From: Chrysochromulina tobinii
Taxonomy: Eukaryota
Length of the DNA: 50,099 nucleotides
Reading direction: 5' to 3'
Assembly (NCBI GenBank): GCA_001275005.1
Contig: JWZX01003266.1
Location: forward strand, 1-50,099
In this document: in pieces, positions 21,666-34,405 of the stretch
Layout: each line of letters opens with the position of its first letter
Numbering within the stretch: position 1 is the stretch's first letter
Position numbers and translations under genes: made by a program
Notes under the pieces: model-generated
The model's input: only the letters and a program-made list of their open reading frames with translations
Told to the model about the DNA's origin: nothing
Databases searched by the model: none

Positions 21666-22964
21666 TCACTCGCCGCCCTCGACGCCCTCGACGGCGCTCG
21701 CCGTCCGCCGCTCACCGGTGGAGACGGACACAGCCGCTTCGGAGTTCATCGGAGTCCAGACCAAGCGCTGTCCAGGGAGGTCTAAGGGAGGTCCACCCAC
21801 GGCCCGCGGCAAAATTGTGATCGCCACATGGAGCGGGTGGGGATCGCCCCCGCCATCCAGTAAATCCATCCAGCCCTTATCCAGCTTCGTACTCGGATCG
21901 ATGGTGGTGCACTCCGCACTCAAGAGACCACTCCGAGCGCCACTCGATCCATCACGCGCTCGTTGGCCGCAAAAAAAGTCGGCCGGGCGACGCATGGTGA
22001 AGTCGTAGCTCAGGAAGGCGTCGACGAGAGAGCTGATGACTTTCTCATGCTCCTCGACCGCCTCGCTGCCCACGTCGATGCGCTCGACCGGCCGCCCCTC
22101 GACGCGGCACTTGGACACGTGGCGCGCGCGTGCGATGACGGTCTCGGGTACGTCAGCCGCGGCGGCGCAGTGCCGGCCAAACGAGTCGGTGCACACGCCG
22201 CGGATCGCACGGTACAGAAACACGACCTCATCGTCGAGGACTGCGGTGAGCGGCCGCGGGGGGCGCGCCAGGCTGACACCGTCCGCCGCCGCATTGAGCC
22301 TCTCGCTGACGCCGCCGCCGCCGCCGCCGCCGCCGACCCCGCTCCCTCCGCCATTGCCACTACCTCCAACGCGGCCAACGCCGCCAACACCGCCAACGCC
22401 GCCAATGCCGCCGTCCTCATCGACGATGGTCAGGCCGCTCGGCTCGCCGCTGGCCCCCGTGGGCGCCCGTGGGTCGCGCACCATGACCTGCATCGTCCAG
22501 AGGGCGAGGCCACGCGTCTCACGGAAGCCGGGGACCTGTAGCAGCTCGGTGTAGTGCGTGCATGCGAGCACACGCGGGCAGTGGCGGCCGCGGGCGAGCA
22601 GGTCCGTGAGCGACGCATACAGCAGTGAGATGCCGTCCTGCGCGTTGGTGCCCTTGCCAAACTCATCGATCAGGCAGAGCGAGCGGCGCGTCGCGTGCTT
22701 GAAGAGATGAGCCATCTGCGAGAGGTCGAGCAGGAACGCGGACTGGTGCACAGCAGCGCTCTCCTTGGAGTGAATGCGCGTGTAGATCCCGTCGGTGAGG
22801 GAGATTGTTGCCGACTCTGCAGGCACAAAGCTCCCGATGTGCGCGAGGAACACGGCCAGCGCGACCGTGCGCAGGAAGACCGTCTTGCCGCTTGCATTCG
22901 GCCCCGTGATGAGCATCAGCCGCTCGCGCGCGTCGCCCAGCTCGCAGTCGTTGGGCACCACCGC

Positions 22965-22995
<31 letters not shown>

Positions 22996-24923
22996 CCTCC
23001 GGGGCTGAGCGCCGCGAGCAGCGGGTGCCACGCGCCACGAAGCATGATTGCTTTGCCCGCGACCTCGACGTCGCCGTCGGCGCCCTCGACGTCGACGATG
23101 GTAGGCTTGACGAGCTGCAGCTCGCGCGCGACGGTCGCGAGGGCAAGGAGGCAATCGAGCTCCGCGAGTGCGGACTGTGCGGCACGTAACAGCGGTAGCC
23201 ATTGCATCATCTGCTCCTCGAGATGACGAACCACTTGCGCCTCGACGTCCTTGACGCGAGAGCTTATGTCGCCGTACCGCTCATCGAGCGCCTCGCACGC
23301 CTCACACTTGCAGTACCAGTCCGAACCGCGCACGCCGCCCACGCCGGCGCCACTGCTGCCGCCTCGTGCTCCGTCACCGGCCGCCTCCTCGGCGTCCGCC
23401 GCGTCGTCGAAGAGGAATGAGAGCCCCGCGTGCTCACGGTAGTCGCGATCGATCGCCTCGGCTTCGGCGGCGTCCATCGCAGGCAGCGGCAGCCGCAGCA
23501 GGAACCCGAGCTGCGCCACGTAGACGAGGTAGAGCTCCCCCGAGGGGGGAAGGCGACCGATGCGCGCGAGTCGTCCGCGCTCCTCGGCGGCGACCGCATC
23601 GAGCACTGGCGTGATCTCCGCGTACTCCTCGCGCAGCTTGTCGAGCAGCGCTTCGACGCCCTCGCGCACCACGATGTGGGAGCCGCCCACCATGGCCTTT
23701 GAGCGCGCGGCGCCCGACGCCTCGAAATCGATGACGGAGGCGATCGTGTTGCTCACCATGTACAACTCTCGGTCGATGGCCGCGAGCGCGCGCCGCACGA
23801 ACGGGAGCGTCTGCGGCACCTCGGCAGCCAGCAGCATCTCGGCCACCTTGACGGCGTATGAGGCGGTCGCGAGCGTGGCCGTGTAGTCGGAGAGCAGCAG
23901 CCCGCCTCGCGAGAGAGAACTCTCGATCTTGGAGATGTCCTTCATCTTGCCCACGAGCCCGTGCAGCTGTGCATGCAGCTGCGCATTCGGCGCCGCCGTC
24001 AGGAACTCGAGCGCATCGTGCCGCTCTCGCAGCGTATCGAGGTCCTGCGTCGGGCGCGCGAACCAGCCACGCAGCAGCTTCTCCCCGAAGCGCGTCTTGG
24101 TCTTGTTGAAGATGGACCATAGCGAGAGACCGTCCTTACCACGCCCGCCGTGCGCCGAAGGGTGCCGCTCGTCAGCGAAGATGTGCAACGAGAGGAACGT
24201 CTCTGGAGACATGTACAGCTGCGACTCAAGCGCGTACCGCTGCAGCCCGAGCACCGCGAGCGGCGCCGCACCCACGTCCGCGCGTTGCTGGTAGGCGAGA
24301 AGGCCGCAGATGGCGCGGCGTGCCTGCTCGTGCTCGCGCGGGCACACGTGCTCGAGGTACATCTGCACCTCGCGCTCGCTCGTACCCTTGGGTAGCTCGC
24401 TCAGCGCACGGAGCAGGCTCAGCCGCTTGGCGCACGCGTCCGCATGGAAGTCGCGGTTCTTCATGCGCACAACGTGCGGGCCGCCTGCCGAGCCGCCCGA
24501 GCCGCCCTCGCCGATTGCAGCGCCTTGCAGCTCCTCCTCGTCGGCCGCGAGCGCGATGCCGGGCACCACGAGGCTCGAGAGACCGAGGGCATGGAGCCAG
24601 CCCTGCTCGGAGCTCGACGGGCAGACGATCACGTCGGGCTTCAAGGTGTACTTGCACGCCTGGAGCATGCGGTACTCGGGCGCGGTGTCGCTCACCTCGC
24701 CGAAGCGTAGCACCGCCTCGGCAAGGAAGGCGAAACCAAGAACCTGGCCCTTCCAGACCATGCTCACGACCACCTCTGGCGCGTCCGCGGGCACGTCGTC
24801 AACGCCCATGTCCACGACTGGAACCGGCGCATCAGCACCCCCATTAGTGGCAAATTCGTAGTTGCCGGCTAACGGCGCCTCCCCGTCGAATCCGTCGTTC
24901 GCGCGATCCTGGAAGTGCTCCAT
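21666..24923 (-). CDS. MSH5: MutS homolog 5 (meiotic crossover protein)
   Basis: SLHIFADERHPS, GLSLWSIFNKTKT, ITGPNASGKTVFL, HIGSFVPA, SAFLLDL, IDEFGKGTNAQDGISL (MSH5-type) and CTHY; no mismatch-recognition domain. The 3' end may be spliced. Confidence 0.9.
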
Positions 24924-25258
24924 CGATGTGCCGAGGGCCCGTGAGTCGTTTAGCGCGAAGCCCGATGAGACTACGTCTACGACGACCACGGGGTCGCGGA
25001 GTCGCGGGTGCCGGGACGAGGTGCGTGAGACGAATCTGCAGTATCCGTCGGATATCGTCTCTTCAGTTCTCTCTCCACCTGGAATGCATGCGCCGGAGTA
25101 GCATGACTGAAATCTTTACAGTTGCACAGTAACCCAGTGGAATCTGATCACTGACGACGAGTGAGGACCGTCGACGAGAGTTCCTACAGAACTGTAACAA
25201 CTAACCGCCGCGTGAGACTGCTCGTACGCTTTCCCCTGGAGCCTGGACCGCCTCGCGC

Positions 25259-26233
25259 TCAGAAGCAGATCTGGCTCTCCTTGGAGTAGCCGAGCTTGTC
25301 GAGGTTCTGTTGGCACGCAAATTTGACCATGGGCGGCGGGCCGCACATGAGGACGAGGGTGTCCTCGGAGGGGGCAGGCAGGTTCTCCTTGATCATCGTG
25401 TCGGTGATGAAGCCAGACGAGTACTTCCAGACGGCCGGCGGCCGATCGAGCGTGTAGTGGAGCTTCAGGCGGCCCGGGTGCTTGGCCGCGAGATTCTCGA
25501 GCATGTCGCGCACAAGGATGTCGCCCTCGGTCTGGTTGGCATACAGCAGCGACATGACCGTCGTGTCGTTCGGGTCCTTGAGGATCGCGGCCATCACCTG
25601 CAGCATGGGCGTGATGCCCGTGCCACCCGCCATCATGCCGAGCTGCTTGCACTTGTGCTGCTTGGTTCCGCTCTTGAACACGCCATTTCCCAAGTACTCG
25701 TGCGTGCCAATCGGGCCCATGATGTCGATCGTATCGCCCACCTTGAGCGTGTCCATGTACTGCGACATCTTGCCGCCGTCGGGAAAGCGCTCGATGATGC
25801 CGCCTTTGTACACCTTGATCACGAGGTCCACGTACCCGATCTCGTCGTCCGACGTCGTTGGCGTGTACTTGCGCTCAATCTCAGGCTCACCATTCTCCTT
25901 GTCCTCTTGGTTATTCCACTGGCCAGCCACTTTGCCCTTGCAGTTGGGCGCAAAGAGCTTGAAATGCTTGCCAACGGGCAGGCCAAGAACCGGCGTCGCC
26001 TTAGGCAGTTTGAACCGGAAGCGCACGACATCATGCGACAGGTTCTCGCGCGACCCAAGCGTGAGGGTCTGCCGCTGTTTGTTGAGGAACTTGGCCTTGC
26101 TAGGGCCGGAGAAGGCGCGGAAGAGGAGGATTAGGGTGCTAAGAACGACGAGACCCACAGCAACCATCACCGTAGGGTCCGTCATGGCGTAGCCCGCCGG
26201 TGGCGATGGCATCGACGGAGGCATTTTCCCCAT
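25259..26233 (-). CDS. NADH-cytochrome b5 reductase, membrane anchored
   Basis: N-terminal TM segment; LGLPVGKH, RKYTP, GGKMSQY, AGGTGITPM, CGPPPM motifs. Confidence 0.95.
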   Translation of the reverse strand: MGKMPPSMPSPPAGYAMTDPTVMVAVGLVVLSTLILLFRAFSGPSKAKFLNKQRQTLTLGSRENLSHDVVRFRFKLPKATPVLGLPVGKHFKLFAPNCKGKVAGQWNNQEDKENGEPEIERKYTPTTSDDEIGYVDLVIKVYKGGIIERFPDGGKMSQYMDTLKVGDTIDIMGPIGTHEYLGNGVFKSGTKQHKCKQLGMMAGGTGITPMLQVMAAILKDPNDTTVMSLLYANQTEGDILVRDMLENLAAKHPGRLKLHYTLDRPPAVWKYSSGFITDTMIKENLPAPSEDTLVLMCGPPPMVKFACQQNLDKLGYSKESQICF

Positions 26234-26471
26234 CTTGAGTTGAGATGCGATAATCTGCAGTTGCAGATCGATTTTTCAAGCGTTTTTCTGTGCCCGACGC
26301 TCCAAATCACCGGGTGGAGCCTGTCAGGGATGTCTGAATGACAGAAAACCCAATCTCGGCGGCACTGCGCCGAAAGGGCGTATCCACCTGGGTTTTCGCT
26401 TTTTGGGCAGAGTTTTGATATGTCGACTCTGCACCGACTGAGCGCCCGAGTCGCCGGCGCCGCTGCCGAGA

Positions 26472-27671
26472 ATGCCGCCCTCTATGGTAGGCAGCCCTTT
26501 GCCAGTGAAGCAAATGCCGAAGGAGCAGGCTACCGGCAACCCTCTTGCCGGCCCTAAATTCGTCGCGCAAAAGGGGCCTGGCGCGGTCATGTCGCACATG
26601 ACTGCGGCCCGCACGGGCACGACCTTTGACATGGCCGACCTGATCACGGCCGGCCACGCCTTTAAGGTTCCGAAGAAGCTGCTGCCGTCGACAGACCAGA
26701 AAATGAAGATCCTCGGCCAAACGGAGAATACCATGCCCGGCGACCTGATGGGACTCACGGCCATCAACCCGGCGATGAGTCGCATCAAGAAGGTCATCGT
26801 CGATCGCAACCTCGACCTGCTCAACCTGGTGGACGATTTCATCAAGCGTCCACGCGGCTCGAAGATGCCCGTGCGCAACCGCGCCTTCATGAATGTCTCC
26901 GACTTCCGGCGCGCGCTCTGCTATGCGATGGGCGACCAGTGGACAGGCCTGGCGATGTCGACAAAGGAATTTGAGGATCTCTACGCGCCGTACATCCGCA
27001 AGGACGCGGCGGATCACCAGTTCCGGTACGGCGACCCGACCGCCCCGGGCGGCCAGCCCGAGCCTCTCATCATGTGGCAGCAGTTTGCGCGCGACGTGCA
27101 GCGGATGGCCGACGGCTCCGGCTTGAATGAGATGCAGCAGGCGCTCTTCGACGCGGAGCAGGAGCTCGCGGACCGGAGCAACAAGGCGGCCAGGGCGGCG
27201 GAGGCGATGCGTGACGCGGACGCGACCTGGGGCGACGCCAAGGCTAGGATGGAGGCGCGGCAGGCGCAGACGGAGGCGGCGGAGAAGATTCCATTTGGCA
27301 AGCGCGGCAGCACGCTCGGAAAGGTCGAGAGGGCGAAGAAGGTCATCTTCAACTCGCTGTGCGGGCCGGGCGGCAAGTACGACACCGTGCGGGAGGCACT
27401 CAAAGATCTCGACGCCACGAGCGACGGGACGCTCGAGCGCGACGAGATCAAGCTCTACCTGCGCGAGAACTACATTCTGCAGTACGTGGATTTTTACACG
27501 GGGATCACGCGCGGCGTCATCGACGAGGCGACGGTGGATACGCTGATGGACATCGTCGACGCAAACAACGACGGCAGGGTCAACTACGAGGAGTTCGCCA
27601 AGGTGGTCATGGCGGGCGCGAACACGTATTATGACATGGAGGTCGCCCAGCGGGGCGTCGCCATCATCTGA
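26472..27671 (+). CDS. EF-hand calcium-binding protein
   Basis: DATSDGTLERDEI and DANNDGRVNYEEF loops; strong GC3 codon bias. Confidence 0.8.
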   Translation: MPPSMVGSPLPVKQMPKEQATGNPLAGPKFVAQKGPGAVMSHMTAARTGTTFDMADLITAGHAFKVPKKLLPSTDQKMKILGQTENTMPGDLMGLTAINPAMSRIKKVIVDRNLDLLNLVDDFIKRPRGSKMPVRNRAFMNVSDFRRALCYAMGDQWTGLAMSTKEFEDLYAPYIRKDAADHQFRYGDPTAPGGQPEPLIMWQQFARDVQRMADGSGLNEMQQALFDAEQELADRSNKAARAAEAMRDADATWGDAKARMEARQAQTEAAEKIPFGKRGSTLGKVERAKKVIFNSLCGPGGKYDTVREALKDLDATSDGTLERDEIKLYLRENYILQYVDFYTGITRGVIDEATVDTLMDIVDANNDGRVNYEEFAKVVMAGANTYYDMEVAQRGVAII

Positions 27672-28023
27672 GTGATCCCGGCAGTGCCGCGACGACGCGA
27701 CCCATGCGATCCGTTGCCGACCCCCGGGTGTGGCGTGGCGATTCTATCATGGTGGCAGGGCGTCCGTCCTCGATCGCCGGGCGCTTGCCCGTGGCCGTGC
27801 GGCTGCTCTGGCGAGCGCCTCTTTGTGTGAGAGTGCATGTGACACATGGAACGATTATGGAACGAGATCATGCTTTCTTTGTGAAAGAGACTGTGTGAGC
27901 GAGTGTCGGTGAACGCGGTTGAACAAAGGTGTTCGCACAGCCGAGCTTGATCCCCGTTTTCACGAAACTCGCATCTCGCGGCAATCTCGGCCTCACCGAA
28001 GAAAACCAACTACCACACCAACA

Positions 28024-29336
28024 ATGCTGTACCGCGTCGCTATCGCTTCCGCCATCGTGGCCACCGCCTTCGCGCAGGTCCGTGTCGTCGAGGCCCCCCA
28101 GAAGGACCAGGAGTGGGAGGACTACAAGAAGATGTACAAGAAGACGTACGAGTCCCCGGCGGACGAGCGCGAGCGCCAATCCCTCTTCGAGGCCTCCAAG
28201 CAGCGCGTCGCCCGCCTCAACGAGGTGAACAAGAAGGCCGGCAACGCGTTCGGCATCAACTGGTTCTCGGACCGGTGCGTAGCCCATCCAAAAGCGCACC
28301 GTGCCCTGCCGAAGCTATCCTCGTCGACCATGCCTAGGCCTGTCCCCCCCTTTCAGTACCCCCCCGGCCTTCCCCCCTCCAACCATCCCCACTGCCTTGA
28401 CTCCGTCCACGCCCTCACCATCGCAGCAAGCCCGACGAGATGAACAAACGTGGCCACGTGAAGCCGGAGGGCTGGACGCCCACCGCGCCCGTCAAGGACT
28501 ACAAGGCCACTCGCCGCGCCAACCCGCCGGCGGCACTCGACTGGCAGTTCACTAGTGCCGTCACCGCCATCAAGAACCAGGGCCAGTGCGGCAGCTGCTG
28601 GGCCTTCTCGGCGACCGAGGCGGTCGAGTCGCAGCTCGTGCTGTCGTCCGGCAACCAGGTGCGCATCGAGCTCGCGCCGCAGCAGACCACCTCGTGCACG
28701 CCCTCCCCGGCCCAGGGCTGCAACGGTGGCTTCACCGAGGCGGCGTACGAGTACATGGGCACTGTGACCGGTCTGACCAACTCGTTCAACTACCCGTACA
28801 TGCAGTCGCTCACGGCGACGTCGGCGACCCAGGCGTGCAACACCGCCAAGGTTGCTGCGATCGACGGCCCGATGATGCAGCTCACGGGCGGCTACGCGGC
28901 CGTCTCGGGCTATCACTACGCCACGACCCCCTGCACCTCGGGCGCCTGCGCGAACCAGGACCTGGCCGCTCTGCAGGCGGCCATCGAGACCACGCCGGTC
29001 TCCGTCTGCGTCAACGCGGCCTCGTGGAACGACTACACCGGCGGCGTCATGACCTCGGCCGCGTGCGGCTCGATGGCGGCGAAGGCCCAGGACCACTGCG
29101 TCATGGCCACCGGCTTCAACACGACCGCGCCTACCCCGTACTGGATCGTGCGCAACTCGTGGTCCTCGACCTGGGGCGAGTACGGCTACATCTACCTCGA
29201 GATGGCGGAGAACACCTGCGGCATCGCCGACGACGCCACCATCCCCGAGGTCGCCCTCGACCTGACCGACGCCCAGAAGGCTAAGGTCGCTGCTGGCCGC
29301 GAGCGCCTGTACCAGAAGGCCGTCCTTGCGCAGTAA
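28024..29336 (+). CDS. Papain-family (C1A) cysteine protease with signal peptide and I29 prodomain; intron 28275..28426
   Basis: Signal peptide, ERFNIN-like region, FGINWFSDR|KPDEM after splicing; QGQCGSCWAFS, DHCV, WIVRNSW. Confidence 0.95.
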
Positions 29337-30366
29337 AGCGCCGGCCATCCGACCCCTGGCCCCCGTGGGCACAGTGGCGTTCTCTGCGTGCATCGCCTGG
29401 GATGAGCCCTCAAGATGGCATGCCGAGTGTAAACTCTGCCTCGTAGCCTCTGCCTGGGGATCCCGGGCGCGGGAGTGGCGCGAACGGTGAAAGGTTATCG
29501 GTCGGGGACGGCTGGCACGCGCGGCGGCGCGGGATCTGATTGAATCTTATAGGCCCCGCCGCCCGCCGCCCACAGCCCAGGGTCCGGGGGTTTGGGGGCG
29601 CGTATGGATAGCGGATCGAACGATCGCCGTTGCTACCATCGCATGGTGCGCGTCGTCCCCGACGCCGGTGTATAGAGTAGTCGGTCTGCGTGCAGCGACT
29701 GCTCGTATTACCTGATGTGGACCGGGAATGCTCAGACAGATCCCCCCCTCACGTCTTGCTCTTGGTCTTCGTCCATTGTAACGTTCCTTGGGGGGTTTTC
29801 GTCGAAAGCAGCGCGAATACGCGCCGTATTGGGCAAGGACGTTCGTTTTGTGACATGGCTTTGCGCCGCGAGGTGGCGGGCGCTAGCCACGCGGTGCAGG
29901 AGATCGTGCTGCGTATGCGCACGGCTGCGCGCGACATGCGCAGAGGGGTGCTGGCTCGGAGACTTCACGGGCCCCCCCCTCGGATGGGGTACGAGCGGCG
30001 CGTGTGGATTCGGCTCGCGGGGCTTACGCCGCCGCGGCGCTCGCGCGTGCGCGCGGCGGCAGCTGTGGCTGCTGCGAACAGCGGTCCTATTGGTACCTCT
30101 GCTATACATTCGGGGGAAGGGTGGTACCAGGCTGGCGCAGATGCTAGTCCGGTGCTCTCCCTTCCCCCACGATCCGCCGATTAACGGCTTGTGTTCACAC
30201 GAGTTATTTGTGTTAGCACGGGCTGTGTCGGCCACACCTCCGTCCATAGTGATAGTGGCTCTCGTGCTTGGGGGTCCGGAGCGTGTGCGCGTTGTGTTGA
30301 ACAGCAGCAGCAGCAGCGTTTTGTGACAAAAAGTGGAGGTCTTGTGAGTTGCAAGCCTTCGCGGCC

Positions 30367-30702
30367 ATGTCGCTGGACTGGGATGGGTACGTGTCGCACA
30401 AGAACGCGTCAGAGGGCTGGATGCGCGCCAAACTCCCATGGACGGCGATGCGCCTGAACAACTCCCAGACCGCGCTCATGAAGGAGCGCGCTGAGGGCTT
30501 CGCGGCAAAGTCGGAGAGTGACACCGGAAAAGGTGCAGGCAGTTTCAAGCAAAAGGATCTGGAGCTTTTCCATGCGAGCGCCTATCAGGTCGCATCGTGC
30601 TTCAAGGGCTACGACAAAATCACAACCAATCCGAAGCACGGCACGCTGGCACCCTGGAACCCGCCTCAGGAGACCTTCAACCGGCTGCGGCGTGGCTTTT
30701 AG
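30367..30702 (+). CDS. Small hypothetical protein (111 aa)
   Basis: Clean ATG-stop ORF with host-like codon usage and natural amino acid composition; no family recognised. Confidence 0.55.
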   Translation: MSLDWDGYVSHKNASEGWMRAKLPWTAMRLNNSQTALMKERAEGFAAKSESDTGKGAGSFKQKDLELFHASAYQVASCFKGYDKITTNPKHGTLAPWNPPQETFNRLRRGF

Positions 30703-31015
30703 TTTTTGTTGGGCACGTGAGCGGGACCTTGGCTTGCCATTAGCAGACTTCGTAGCAACATAAGTGTGCCACGTATTGTACACTACTGACGCGTGACAAA
30801 GCAAGTGACGTTATCGATCGGCAGCGGCGGATTCGATAGCGGGTTTGATGACCGCCACCGCGCTGCCACCCTCCCTCGAGCGACAACAGCGTCAGCGTGG
30901 CCTTAGGCCTACGTGGTCGAGAGGCGCCCTCCGCCTCCCGTGCTGCCGTCGTGCGAGCTCCAAACCCCGGCCGCGCGTGCGCGGAGGATCGGGCGCGTCG
31001 CTTGCGCCGTCGCCC

Positions 31016-32237
31016 TTAATGGAGCGCCTCCTCCTGCAGCGCCATTCCCTCTCCGGCTGCGCCAGGGTCAGCCTCCATTTGCTGCAGCCTGCGTGCGGGG
31101 GCAGGCGCGATCGGTGAAGAGGCGGAGGGCGCGTCGGCACATGCGCGCGCTGGCACGGCGCAGCACGCACCGCGGCAGCATCTGCCCGCGAAAGGAGTTG
31201 ACGTCGATGGCATCGAGGAACGTACATACGAGCGGCGAGAGGGCGAGGGCGGGCGAAGCGAGCAGCGCGCGCAGGTACGAGTCGAGCGCCATCATGCGCT
31301 CGGCCAAGTCATCGCACTCCTGGGAGAAGAGAAGCTTTGGCGGCAGCGGCGGCAGGTCAGTCCACTGGAGAACGAGCAACTCATGGAATCGATAGAACTC
31401 GGAGTACCGCCGCTTGACTTCCCAGCAGAAGGCGAGTTGGCGCACTTCGATGACGAAGAGCGTGACGATCTTGTCCGTGAGCAGCCCTTCCTCGAGCACG
31501 TTGCTCGTCTTGATGATGCGTGCGTTCAGCTTCAGAGCGCCCGCGGCGAGGTGTTCGACTGACTGCGTCTTCAGCTTGTCGAGTGTGCCGTTCTGCAGCA
31601 CACCGCCGAGCGTGGCGCCGAGCACCGACGAGCCATCGCGCCTCGCGCCTCGCGCCGAGCCCGGGGTGGGCTCCACGGTGATGCCCGAGGCGGCCATCTG
31701 ATCGGCTAACTGCTCGTCTGTGAACTGGTCGACGGAGCTGCCTGCCCTGGAGCCCGTGCCACCGGCCGCCGCCGCCGACGACGACGCCTTCGCCTTGCCA
31801 TTAGTGACGAGGATGCCGGGCGGAGGTGGCGCGTCCGTACCTGCGAGCGTCATCTGCTCCATGGGCTGCCGCGGTTCGCTTGTCGCCATCTTCGCAGCAA
31901 AGCGCACTCGGCGGGTGGGTCCGGGCGTGGCACTGCTGCTGCTGCCCGCACCACTCTCGGTGGCCGCCACGGCCGCCTCAGCGTCGTCTTGAGCCTGCAT
32001 GGCCAGAATGCGATCTACAATCACCTGAAGGTCTCCGCCGATGACGACCGCCGCGGCCAAGTCTTCGGTGGAGGTCTCAGGAAAGATGGTTTGCAATTGT
32101 GCGATCACCTGATCACGGGCATTGCGCTCACGCCGCTCGCCGACGCTGGAGAGGTCGGGCCCAGCGATGAACCACGCAGGGGTTGCATCAGGGGAGGGTC
32201 CCGGCGGCGTCGTCGGCTTAGCTTCTACCTCGGCCAT
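31016..32237 (-). CDS. CUE-like + PX (phox homology) domain protein; intron 31089..31170
   Basis: IAQLQTIFPE...LQVIVDRIL (CUE-like); WEVKRRYSEFYRFHELL, LPPLPPK, LDSYLRAL (PX). Splicing gives MLPR|LQQMEAD...H*. Confidence 0.85.
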
Positions 32238-32299
32238 GAGGTCGGCCTCGGCAGGTCCGCGACCAGTATTGATCGGGAAGTCCCTTGTTTCGGCAAACT

Positions 32300-32336
32300 A
32301 GTCAAGTCAAGTCAAGTCGAATCAAGACAAGTCAAA
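32300..32336 (+). repeat. Degenerate (AGTCA)n pentanucleotide microsatellite upstream of the PX gene
   Basis: agtcaagtcaagtcaagtcgaatcaagacaagtcaa. Confidence 0.7.
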
Positions 32337-32892
32337 TGCAGGAACAAGGGAATTGGGCGACGAACACTCGGCCGCCTTATCGGATCTCTGGTAGGGCACG
32401 CAGGATTAGGTGTTGAGGACGGGCGTGCAGGGGCGTGCAAGAGCACCCCGAAGAGGGCCGGTGCGGGCGCGCCGTCCTCGACCTCGCACCTCGCCCTAAG
32501 GGCCCTAACCTCGCCCGCCCGTCGGCAGCTTGGTCGCATACTTGGTCGGCAGCTGTTTTATCTAGTCCCCCGCCCGTCGGCTTGTAACAAGCTTACAAGG
32601 GTACTATCAGAACTATCAGGTCATATAGAGAGTAGAGGAGTCTCAGGGCCGGGAAGCGCACGGCCGGGTCACGCTACTCTCTAGAACTCGCTAGTACCCT
32701 CAGAGAGATCGGAACAACGCGCCAGACAAGCCCACACACCACCGGCCCACCGCACGCGCGATTTCGCGCGGTCGTCCACAACGAAGACGGGCCAAGGCGC
32801 AAGGGTCGAAGTCCATGTCGGAGTCACGGCGTCACGACTGACCGCCGTTCCGTCGTCGCTCCTCGCATCACAGCTCCTCCTCTCGCTCTTGC

Positions 32893-34270
32893 TCAGGGCG
32901 CGAGACCGCCGTTAGGACGCGAGAAGATCTCGCGGCTGATGATCAGCCGTTGGATTTGGCTCGTGCCCTCGTAGATCTGGTAGATCTTCGCGTCGCGCAT
33001 GAGCTTCTCCACAGGGTATTCGGTGTTGAAGCCATTGCCCCCAAAGATCTGCACCGCATCGGCGGCGACCTTGTTCGCGTGGTCGCCTGCGAAGGCCTTG
33101 GCCATCGAGGCGAACATGGTGTTCTTGCGCCCTTGGTCGATCTCCCACGCCGACTTGTGCACAAGGCAGCGGCCTGCCTCGATGCCCATCGCCATGTCCG
33201 CGATCATGAAGGAGACGGCCTGGTGGTGCGCGATCGGCACGCCCATCGTCTTGCGCTCCTTGGCGTAGGCGATGGCCTCGTCCATCGCACGGCGCGCGAG
33301 CCCGACTGCACCCGCCGCCACGGGGGGGCGTGTGTGGTCGAAGGCGCCCATCGCGACCTTGAAGCCGAAGCCTTCCGCACCGAGCACATTGGCAGCGGGC
33401 ACGACGACATCCTCGAAGGTGATGCCGCGAGTGTCCGAGCAGCGCTGGCCCATGTTGATCTCCTTGCGGCCGACGGTGATGCCCGGCGTGTCGGCGTCCA
33501 CGATGAAGCCCGTGAAGGCTGAGCCGGCGTTCTTGGTCGGGTCCGTCTTCGCGAGCACGAAGAACCAGTTGGCCACACCACCATTAGTGATCCACATCTT
33601 CTGACCGTTGAGTACCCACGAGTCACCCTTCTTGACGGCGGTCGTCTTGGCGCCCGCAACGTCGGAGCCCGCGCCCGGTTCCGTCACGCCGTACGCCGCT
33701 TGCAGCGGCGCCTCCGTCAGCCGACCGAGGTACTTTTTCTTCTGCTCCGTGGTGCCTGCCAAGATGACCGGCGCGGAGGCGAGGCCGTTGGCCTCCATGG
33801 CGGTCATGATGCCCGTGCAGCCGTAGGCGAGCTCCTCGCCGATGATCACGCCCTCGAAGCAGCCAAGACCCAGGCCTGAGCAGGCGCGCACACGATGAAC
33901 GAGGGCGCTCAGGAGCGTCCAAGGACGCGCTCAAGGAACGGCACAGGAGGAGCGAGAGACGCGCACCGCCGCAATCCTCCGGCACGTGCGTGTTGACCAG
34001 ACCAAGCTCCCACGCCTTTTCGAACACATCCTGCGGGAACTCCATCGTCTTATCGTACTTGGCCGCGACAGGAATCATCTCGTTGAGCGCAAAGGAGCGG
34101 GCGAGCTCCTTGAGCGCATTCTGCTCGTCCGAGAGGGCGAGGTTGTATCCGCGAGCGCCGGCGAATTCGTCGTCATCAACTGTCGCTGAGCTGAAGCAGC
34201 GGCGCGCGCGCGGCAGCGCCGCCACCGGCGCCGCCGAGCGGATGGCGCGCTTCGAGACCGATCGCAACAT
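32893..34270 (-). CDS. ACADM: Medium-chain acyl-CoA dehydrogenase, mitochondrial; intron 33876..33966
   Basis: Arg-rich targeting peptide; [62 protein letters not shown]. Confidence 0.95.
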
Positions 34271-34405
34271 TCTTGATTGCGATTAGGACTTTCCAAGAAA
34301 ATCTTACCCAAGCACTACTATTCCGCAGAGGCCTTGATTAGTGTTCACAGACAAACTTTGTTCACAGACATGTCTTCACAGAGATTCTAGTGCGAGGGGT
34401 GCTTC

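Noticed and set aside
29400..30330. Overlapping ORFs 29690..30184, 29715..30326 and 29732..30439
   Set aside because: Arg/Pro/Ala-rich with non-ATG starts and no motifs; expected by chance in high-GC intergenic DNA
32626..32683. 10-bp inverted repeat tagagagtag...ctactctcta
   Set aside because: Short arms, no target-site duplication or second copy seen; insufficient for a MITE call
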